NCBI GenBank assembly: GCA_965657355.1
Contig: CBFHOE010000006.1
Coordinates: 253,510-317,509 of the forward strand
Length of the DNA: 64,000 bases
Reading direction: 5' to 3'
DNA from: Limisphaerales bacterium
GTDB taxonomy: Bacteria; Verrucomicrobiota; Verrucomicrobiia; Limisphaerales; JAJOIW01
A model generated the notes under the pieces. That model saw nothing but the letters and a program-made list of their open reading frames with translations, was not told the origin of the DNA and made no database searches. Of the stretch, positions 56,733-64,000 are shown one piece after another. Position 1 is the first letter of the stretch. Every line of letters starts with the position of its first letter. The position numbers and the translations under genes were made by a program.

Positions 56733-58235
56733 GTGCCAGTTAATGACACCATAAGAAACAAATTAAGTCAGCTCCCTCATAAGCCAGGGGTCTATTTAAT
56801 GCGAGATCGATTTTCTCGCGTCATATACGTTGGTAAGGCTCGCAATCTCAGAAAAAGGGTCAGTCAGTATTTCCACCCTTCTCGCCAGCACGGTTGGGAT
56901 CTCAAATTAAAAGCTCTTTTGGATTCTGTTGAAGATTTCGATCACTTCGTGGTCAAAAGCGAACCAGAAGCGCTTCTGCTCGAAGGAAAATTGATCAAGG
57001 AATACAAACCTCGCTACAATATAAGCTTTCGAGATGATAAAAGATTTCTCCTCCTCAAAATAAACCTACAGGATGAAATTCCAAGATTTACCCTTACGCG
57101 TCTCAAGCAAGACGACGGCTGCTTGTATTTTGGTCCATTCGCGCACTCCGGATCAGTAAGAAGAACCTTGAAAATGCTCCGCTCCAAATTTGGGCTCAGA
57201 GGATGTCGTCCTCTCCGGCCCAATGAACACGACTATAAGCATTGTCTATATGGCCACTTAAAATCATGCATAGCTCCGTGTGTTGGAAAAGTGTCTTTGG
57301 AGGATTATAAGGAAAAAGTCCTTCATGCCTGTGAATTTTTAAAAGGTCGCGCAGCTGAAATGGTACACGAGTTGGAAAAGGAAATGGAAAAAGCCGCTGC
57401 TGATATGGACTTTGAAAGAGCAGCTGAGCTCAGGGACATGGTAAAAGATCTCAAAAACACTACTCGTAAAACACAAAAATTCCATCGTCTTCCTCAAAAG
57501 CTTCCCATAGCTATTAACCCTGAAAATGACTTAAGCGAGTTAGCTACGGTTCTAGGGTTACCTGGCCCGCCGAGCCGAATTGAGGGATATGATATTTCAA
57601 ATATAAGTGGAACTTTTAAAGTTTCATCACTAGTGAGCTTCTGGAACGGTAAACCAGATAAAAGCCAATACCGTCGATTTAAAATTAAATCGGTTGATGG
57701 CCAAGATGACTTTGCCTGTATGGCCGAAACCATCAGCAGGAGATACTCAAGACTCAAATCAGATATCGAAGCCAATCGCTCAACAAATGGAATTTCAAAA
57801 TATCCAGACCTCATCCTCATTGACGGAGGAAAGGGTCAGCTCAATGCGGCTTGCCGTGAGCTCTCGCTCCTTAGCTTAAGCCATATTCCTATTATCGGAC
57901 TGGCAAAAGAATATGAAGAAATATTTTTGCCTGATAGATCAATTCCTATCCGACTCGATATTAATTCAGGGGCCTTGAAACTTCTTCAAAGAGTCAGGGA
58001 CGAGTCACATAGATTTGCCAATACTTTTAATGCTGAATTAAGACTAAAAAAAATATCAGAAAGTCTTTTAGATGAGTTTCCCGGGATCGGAGAAAATAGA
58101 AAATCCGTCCTATTAAAGAAATTTGGATCTGTGCAACGGCTCAAAAAAGCCTCGGTTGAAGATATTGCTGAAACGCCTGGTTTTGGCCTGAAAAGTGCCA
58201 CACAACTCTTTGAGTTTTTAAAATCCCGGAGATAA
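56733..58235 (+). CDS. uvrC: Excinuclease ABC subunit C
   Basis: LPHKPGVYLM..IYVGKA GIY-YIG, UVR coil FERAAELRD, RNase H-like EGYDISN/IDGGKGQ, RDESHRFA and HhH. Confidence 0.96.
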   Translation: MPVNDTIRNKLSQLPHKPGVYLMRDRFSRVIYVGKARNLRKRVSQYFHPSRQHGWDLKLKALLDSVEDFDHFVVKSEPEALLLEGKLIKEYKPRYNISFRDDKRFLLLKINLQDEIPRFTLTRLKQDDGCLYFGPFAHSGSVRRTLKMLRSKFGLRGCRPLRPNEHDYKHCLYGHLKSCIAPCVGKVSLEDYKEKVLHACEFLKGRAAEMVHELEKEMEKAAADMDFERAAELRDMVKDLKNTTRKTQKFHRLPQKLPIAINPENDLSELATVLGLPGPPSRIEGYDISNISGTFKVSSLVSFWNGKPDKSQYRRFKIKSVDGQDDFACMAETISRRYSRLKSDIEANRSTNGISKYPDLILIDGGKGQLNAACRELSLLSLSHIPIIGLAKEYEEIFLPDRSIPIRLDINSGALKLLQRVRDESHRFANTFNAELRLKKISESLLDEFPGIGENRKSVLLKKFGSVQRLKKASVEDIAETPGFGLKSATQLFEFLKSRR

Positions 58236-58395
58236 TGCTTGGGTGAATAGTTTAATTTACCTCTCAAATTAACACTAAATAGCCAAAAAATATACCATTT
58301 TTGGCGGTTTTCATTTTGTAATTGAGCATTTCTAGGATTTAAGAGATTTTTTCGGAACTGAATGTTTTTATTCACAAAATCGTAATATTCAAGGC

Positions 58396-60183
58396 ATGGG
58401 TGGTGAGCAAACAGATCAAATTATAATTTTTACCACTTTGTTACTGGCTTTGGTGTTTTTTGTTTGGGGTAAGTGGAGATACGACATCGTTGCCCTTGCT
58501 GCTTTGCTCGCTGGAGGCCTGACTGGTGTTGTCCCTGAAGAATCACTCTTCATTGGATTTAGTCACCCTGCCGTAATTACTGTTGGAGCCATTTTGATTG
58601 TGAGTCGAGGATTGGTCATGTCAGGAGTCGTAGATCTGATTGGCCAATACATGCAACGTTGCGGAAACCAAGGCTACATTCAGATATTTACTCTTTGTTT
58701 TGCAGTCATGGTATTGTCCGCGTTTATGAATAATGTCGGCGCTCTGGCATTGTTTATGCCCATTGCCATCCAGTGGGGGCGAAAAGCAAATACCTCTCCG
58801 GCCATTCTGCTGATGCCCATGGCCTTCTGCTCGCTGCTTGGCGGAATGATGACGGAAATCGGAACTCCACCAAATTTAATTATCTCCTCCATGCGGGAAC
58901 AGATCTTGGGTGAGAGATATGGCATGTTTGAATTTTCAAAAATTGGAATAGCAGCAGGAGCTTTTGGTCTTGTATTTGTAACTCTGGTGGGATGGCGATT
59001 GGTACCACGTCGGATTTCAAAATTCAGCCAAGACGAATTATTCCAAATAGCCGACTATTCTACCGAACTGAAAATACCAGACTCCTCGCGATGGGATGGC
59101 AAAATTCTTGGTGACCTGAAACTTTCCAACGAGGGAGATATCAATATTCTTGGAATCATAAGAGGACAATTAAAAATAATAGCTCCTTCAAGTCTTGAAA
59201 GAATGAAAGCCGGAGATGTGCTTATAGTCGAAGGAAATACTGAAGCTCTTAACAAGCTTGCAAAAACATCAGATATAGAATTGGTCGGTGAAAAACACTT
59301 TGCCGATAATGTGCTTGACGAGGATGAAAAAGGTCTCTTCGAATCCGTTGTTCTTCCCGGATCTATTATGGTAGGCAGAACGGCTAAATCGCTCAATATG
59401 CGCTGGAGGTATGGGTTGAACCTTGTTGCTGTTGCGCGAAAAGGACAAAGATTACGGTCTCGAATAAGCTCGGTAACATTCTTGCCAGGCGACCTTCTCC
59501 TTTTTCAGGGAAGACCAGATGTTATTGGTGAATCGATGCAAATATTAGGCACCGCACTCATTGGAAACAGAGGACGGCTCGGGTCAAAGCCATCGGATAT
59601 CTGGAAAGCTTTACTAACTTTTATAACGGGCATCATTTTGGTTGCAACCCGAGTCTTGCCGTTTGAGATCGTATTCACCATGGTCGCTCTGATCTTCATG
59701 GTCACTAAGCTCTTAACCTTGAGGGAAGCATACACGAGTGTTGAATGGCCTATTTTGATATTATTAGGAGCCATGATTCCCCTTGGTCAGGCTTTCGAAG
59801 ATACAGGAGCGGCAAAAACTCTTGCCGATTCCGCGTTTAGACTTGTTGGCGAAAACCAACCAGTTATCGGGGTTGTATTGTCCATGGGGATTACATTAAT
59901 TTTGACTAACCTAATCAACAATGCAGCAGCTGCCGTGTTAATGGTTCCGATAGGCATTGAATTAGCAGGAAAATTTGCTGTAAATCCAGACCCATTTCTC
60001 ATGGGAATTGCCGTGGCCGCTTCATCGGCATTTTTAACTCCTATAGGCCACCAATCAAATACATTGGTAATGGGGCCTGGGGGTTATAAATTTAGCGACT
60101 ATTGGAAATTGGGACTGCCTATGACAATTTTAGTGTTCCTTATTGCCGTTCCTTTGGTCCTTTATTTCTGGCCACTTCGTTAA
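58396..60183 (+). CDS. SLC13/DASS family permease with two TrkA-C domains
   Basis: SAFMNNVG, IGTPPNLI, NNAAA and FLTPIGHQSN.LVMGPGGYKFSDY. Confidence 0.9.
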   Translation: MGGEQTDQIIIFTTLLLALVFFVWGKWRYDIVALAALLAGGLTGVVPEESLFIGFSHPAVITVGAILIVSRGLVMSGVVDLIGQYMQRCGNQGYIQIFTLCFAVMVLSAFMNNVGALALFMPIAIQWGRKANTSPAILLMPMAFCSLLGGMMTEIGTPPNLIISSMREQILGERYGMFEFSKIGIAAGAFGLVFVTLVGWRLVPRRISKFSQDELFQIADYSTELKIPDSSRWDGKILGDLKLSNEGDINILGIIRGQLKIIAPSSLERMKAGDVLIVEGNTEALNKLAKTSDIELVGEKHFADNVLDEDEKGLFESVVLPGSIMVGRTAKSLNMRWRYGLNLVAVARKGQRLRSRISSVTFLPGDLLLFQGRPDVIGESMQILGTALIGNRGRLGSKPSDIWKALLTFITGIILVATRVLPFEIVFTMVALIFMVTKLLTLREAYTSVEWPILILLGAMIPLGQAFEDTGAAKTLADSAFRLVGENQPVIGVVLSMGITLILTNLINNAAAAVLMVPIGIELAGKFAVNPDPFLMGIAVAASSAFLTPIGHQSNTLVMGPGGYKFSDYWKLGLPMTILVFLIAVPLVLYFWPLR

Positions 60184-60227
60184 ATTATGCCGTTGTATTT
60201 TTTATTTTTTGCCGAACGGGAGGTATT

Positions 60228-61205
60228 ATGAATACTCTTCATTTTGTTTGTGGGATTTTCATTTCACTTGGTATTGCTTTTGTGCTGCCAGATCCGGGCA
60301 GTCCGGGTGGATTTTTGGCTCCCTCATACACCGGTGCTATCTCAACATTTCTTATTTTCCTAATTCAAGGTATTCAATTAAAAAAGGGGGCGCTACGAGA
60401 ATTGGTGAAATTTTGGCCGCTTCATGTAGGTTGTCAGTGTGCTAATTTTATCTTTGCTCCGGTCGTATTTTTCATCTTAGCCAAATTATCTAAACCATTC
60501 ATTCAAGATAATTCAATTTTTATGGGTATGCTTTTTCTCGGTATGCTTCCAACAACGATTAATTCAGCTATTGCAATGGTTCAAATGGCAGCAGGGCATG
60601 CTCCGTCAGCGATATTGAACTCAAGCGTCTCAAACGTTCTTGGCGTATTTATAATGCCTATTTGGATCAACTTTTGGATGGATCGTTTAGGTGAGTTGAC
60701 ACTGCGATTAGCTCCAGTTTTTTTAAAGCTCTTTCTTCTTATTCTATTGCCAGTTTTCGTAGGTAGAATCATCGGGCAAAAGCTAAAAATTATTGATTGG
60801 GCAGAGAAGGGGAAGCAGATGAAACTCATCAGTATGTATCTTATTTTTCTGATCGTTTATTTTTCATTTTGTCGCAGTGTGAAATCTAACGTCTGGAGTT
60901 CCATAGATCTGCCATCGCTGGCATTTCTTACGCTTTTTGTTTTGCTCGGATTATTTTCAGTCCATTTGGGAACTTGGTATGCCGGGAAATTTCTAAAATT
61001 TTCTGAATCTCAATTACCTGTTTTTTTGTTTTGTGGCTCACAAAAAACTTTAGCAGCCGGGATACCTTTGGCAACTGCGATGCTTTCACAAAAAGAGCTC
61101 CCGATCGATCCTGGCTTATTTCTAATCCCAATCATGATTTATCATCCATTGCAAATGATTGTCGGGGGGCGGTGGATTTATATTTTAAACCAACGATCTC
61201 TTTGA
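60228..61205 (+). CDS. Bile acid:sodium symporter family protein
   Basis: LPTTINSA, SNVLGVFI.P, QKTLAAGIP and PIMIYHPLQ. GGAGG RBS precedes the ATG at 60228. Confidence 0.88.
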   Translation: MNTLHFVCGIFISLGIAFVLPDPGSPGGFLAPSYTGAISTFLIFLIQGIQLKKGALRELVKFWPLHVGCQCANFIFAPVVFFILAKLSKPFIQDNSIFMGMLFLGMLPTTINSAIAMVQMAAGHAPSAILNSSVSNVLGVFIMPIWINFWMDRLGELTLRLAPVFLKLFLLILLPVFVGRIIGQKLKIIDWAEKGKQMKLISMYLIFLIVYFSFCRSVKSNVWSSIDLPSLAFLTLFVLLGLFSVHLGTWYAGKFLKFSESQLPVFLFCGSQKTLAAGIPLATAMLSQKELPIDPGLFLIPIMIYHPLQMIVGGRWIYILNQRSL

Positions 61206-61265
61206 AATTATTTTATTGATTGGTCTCGATTTAAAACTTTATTACCCCTAAGTTTCATCTGTTCC

Positions 61266-62024
61266 ATGAAAGAGCCCGTTATAGAAGTCAAAAAGCTGAC
61301 AAAAAAATTTGATGAAAATGTAGCCGTAACGGATCTTTCATTTTCGGTTCCGAGAGGGCAGTGTTTGGGCTTGTTAGGCGTCAATGGTGCCGGTAAAACG
61401 ACAACAATTAATATGTTGCTAGGCCTTCTCTCCCCCACGAGCGGTTCCATATCAATTTTGGGGATGAACCAGCCAAAGGAACGAGTCAAAATCTTGAAGC
61501 GATCTAATTTTTGCTCAACGTATGCCAATCTCCCCAGCAACTTAAAAGTAAAACAAAACCTATGGGTCTTTTCTAAAATCTATGGTGTTCGCAAACCTAA
61601 AGAAAAGATGAATGAATTGCTTAGTTTATTCGAAATTGATCATCTGACTAACGCCATCACAGGACACCTCTCCAGCGGAGAATCTACCCGTTTGAATCTT
61701 TGTAAGGCTTTCCTGAATGATCCTGAAGTTCTTCTGTTAGATGAACCTACGGCCAGCTTAGATCCAAACATAGCTGATAAGGTCCGGAAGTCTATCAAAG
61801 CGCTTCAGAAAAAGCTCTCTACTACTGTGCTATATACATCCCATAACATGAAGGATATTGAGGAAGTGTGTGACCAAGTGCTTTTTATGCACAAAGGTAA
61901 TATCCTAACTCACGGCTCTCCCAGCGAAATAGTCCATCAGTTTGAAGAAGAATCCTTGGAAGGAGTTTTTATCAGAGTAGCACGTGGCGGTGATATCGAA
62001 TCTGAAAATTCAACAGCTTCCTAA
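61266..62024 (+). CDS. ABC transporter ATP-binding protein
   Basis: GVNGAGKTT, LSSGE, LLLDEPT and SH switch. Confidence 0.93.
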   Translation: MKEPVIEVKKLTKKFDENVAVTDLSFSVPRGQCLGLLGVNGAGKTTTINMLLGLLSPTSGSISILGMNQPKERVKILKRSNFCSTYANLPSNLKVKQNLWVFSKIYGVRKPKEKMNELLSLFEIDHLTNAITGHLSSGESTRLNLCKAFLNDPEVLLLDEPTASLDPNIADKVRKSIKALQKKLSTTVLYTSHNMKDIEEVCDQVLFMHKGNILTHGSPSEIVHQFEEESLEGVFIRVARGGDIESENSTAS

Positions 62025-62027
62025 TTC

Positions 62028-62825
62028 ATGAACCTCTCTGTCATTTACGCCTTGTTGATTCGGTATTTAGTACTCTATACGAGGAATTGGGTGCGCTGTG
62101 TTGAGATTATATTTTGGCCAATGATGGATCTATTAGTTTGGGGTTTTCTTATGATTTACATTCAACAAGAAACTACCAACGAATTTTCCTATAAAATAAG
62201 ATTTCTTCTCGGTGCCATGATCTTTTGGGATATTTTATTCAGATCTCAGCAATCAGTAGCTGTATCTTTTCTTGAGGATATATGGACAAGAAACCTCTTG
62301 AATATTTTTGTCGCCCCGATTCGCGTGTACGAATACATCATGGCCACCTGTCTTGTGGGCTTATTGCGTATTCTTGTAATCATAATCATTCTTACGATTG
62401 CTTCCATAGGTTTTTACTCATTTAACCTTTTCGAGTTGAAGTGGACTCTGCTTCCTTTTTTCGTGAACTTGCTCATTTTTGGGTGGAGCCTAGGAATTTT
62501 TACGACAGCTCTAATAATTAGATGGGGACAAGCTGCCGAGGCCTTGGCATGGGCTGTCCCATTTTTTATTCAGCCCGTGGTCGCTGTTTTTTATCCTGTA
62601 TCGGTTCTCCCAGAATGGATTCATCCAGTCTCATGGAGTATTCCATGCACATACGCATTCGAAGGGATGAGAGAGGTTTTGAAAGGAAACCCTTTCTCTT
62701 GGGAGTATTTTATGACAGCTATCGGCCTTAACCTTGTCTATTTAACCCTTTGTGGTTCATTTTTTGCCCATATGCTGTCTAGTGCTCGAAGAAAAGGCTT
62801 ACTCACTCGTATCGGATCTCAATAA
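62028..62825 (+). CDS. ABC-2 type transporter permease
   Basis: Six TM segments and FYPVSVLP.W; 3 nt after the ATPase gene. Confidence 0.88.
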   Translation: MNLSVIYALLIRYLVLYTRNWVRCVEIIFWPMMDLLVWGFLMIYIQQETTNEFSYKIRFLLGAMIFWDILFRSQQSVAVSFLEDIWTRNLLNIFVAPIRVYEYIMATCLVGLLRILVIIIILTIASIGFYSFNLFELKWTLLPFFVNLLIFGWSLGIFTTALIIRWGQAAEALAWAVPFFIQPVVAVFYPVSVLPEWIHPVSWSIPCTYAFEGMREVLKGNPFSWEYFMTAIGLNLVYLTLCGSFFAHMLSSARRKGLLTRIGSQ

Positions 62826-63074
62826 CCCATGCATTTTAATTGTTTTAGGAGCACAAATCGGTCCTATATTTCCTAACAGTGTTGTGTAGACGAAGAATAT
62901 TATTGAGCAAACTAAGAATATCCAAGGACCTCTTTTTTTTGAAATCTAATAATTAAATTTAGCAAATAGCTCTGAAAATTTTCTCTGATAGTTAATCCAT
63001 TTTCTGGAAAGATGATTCTGAATCGACTATTGTTATCGCTCTGTTGAGATCTCAACTCTCGTTTCTTTTTAAAG

Positions 63075-63962
63075 GTGAAACAAAACATTAAAACCATAGG
63101 GCTTATAGCCAATCTAAATAAACCGGAGATTATCCCGGTTTTGAGAGAAGCAGAAAAGGTTATTCACGCTAATGATTTATCTGTTTATGTGAATAAAGAA
63201 ACGTGTGATCTGGCAAACTTATCCTGCTCGCCCTCAAAATCATTTTCATTTGAAAATCCCGAATGTGACATTTGGCTCGTTTTCGGAGGCGATGGCACTA
63301 TATTACATGCAGCCCGCCATGTGCACAATTCACCCACACCTGTTTTAGGCATTAATTTAGGGCGCTTAGGCTTCTTGACCTCTGTGAATCCTCAAGATAT
63401 CTCTGTGGCAATATCCATGCTGTTGAATGGGGATTATGCCATTGAGGAGCGCGCTGTTATTCAGGCAACTAGTCCTTCGCTTCAAGACTCTTTGCCCGAT
63501 GGCCTGACTGCTCTCAATGATCTTGTTATCTCGAGGATCGACGCATCAAGAATGATCGAAATTCGCGTGCGCGTTAATAATAATTTGCTGACTGACTATC
63601 GTTGTGATGGCCTCATTGTCAGCACTCCCACAGGTTCCACTGCTTATTCATTGGCTGCTGGGGGGCCTATCGTTCATCCCCTTTCTGAGGTTTTTACACT
63701 TACTCCTATTTGTCCCCATACGTTGTCTAACCGGTCTGTGATTTTAGGATTAGATGTAACTATTGAAGTTACATGTTTAAGCAAGTCACCTCACGCCATA
63801 CTTACTTCGGATGGCCAGGAAGCATTCGAAATACAAGCAGGTCATCCTGTGATAATTTCTCGCTCGCCCAAAACATTCCAACTCATTCAGCTCGCAGGCT
63901 CTGAATACTTTAAAACCCTCAGTCAAAAACTGCACTGGACCGGGTCCCATCAATCCTCATAA
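63075..63962 (+). CDS. nadK: NAD(+) kinase
   Basis: GGDGT, GINLGRLGFL, ALND and DGLIVSTPTGSTAYSLAAGGP. Confidence 0.95.
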   Translation: MKQNIKTIGLIANLNKPEIIPVLREAEKVIHANDLSVYVNKETCDLANLSCSPSKSFSFENPECDIWLVFGGDGTILHAARHVHNSPTPVLGINLGRLGFLTSVNPQDISVAISMLLNGDYAIEERAVIQATSPSLQDSLPDGLTALNDLVISRIDASRMIEIRVRVNNNLLTDYRCDGLIVSTPTGSTAYSLAAGGPIVHPLSEVFTLTPICPHTLSNRSVILGLDVTIEVTCLSKSPHAILTSDGQEAFEIQAGHPVIISRSPKTFQLIQLAGSEYFKTLSQKLHWTGSHQSS

Positions 63963-64000
63963 TTATGCGAATGAAAGGGAATTGATTCTTTGAATTTTGC

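Noticed and set aside
1..64000. Short alternative-frame and antisense ORFs in the ORF track; CRISPR arrays; rRNA
   Set aside because: The short ORFs overlap well-supported genes and lack motifs. No regularly spaced repeats or rRNA-like sequence were seen.

Overview
AT-rich (roughly 40% GC by eye), gene-dense bacterial chromosome segment. It is most consistent with a marine Verrucomicrobiota/PVC organism, inferred from the prepilin H-X9-DG-type protein, the DUF1080/DUF6807/CotH-type genes and the Tat-exported Gfo/Idh/MocA protein. Housekeeping genes include lpxD, a SurA-like PPIase, mutL, tRNA-His, leuB, aroQ, uvrC, nadK, phoU/pit and comEC. No integrase, transposase, CRISPR array or rRNA was seen. 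Most notable items: (1) a tight three-gene unit encoding a divergent PurD-like ATP-grasp ligase, an atypical alanine racemase and a Bpt/ATE-like aminoacyl-tRNA transferase; (2) a VTC polyphosphate-polymerase-like gene plus DUF4956 plus a translationally coupled HlyD adaptor, with a Pho-box-like site, followed by a lipid A dephosphorylation/glycosylation cassette; (3) a light/UV cluster next to tRNA-His with a domain-inverted photolyase and an Lhr-PdeM pair lacking its usual ligase/exonuclease; (4) a MutL whose three endonuclease metal motifs are all substituted; (5) an FAD oxidase next to an MnmM/YtqB-like methyltransferase. All family calls come from motif recognition by eye; no database searches were run.
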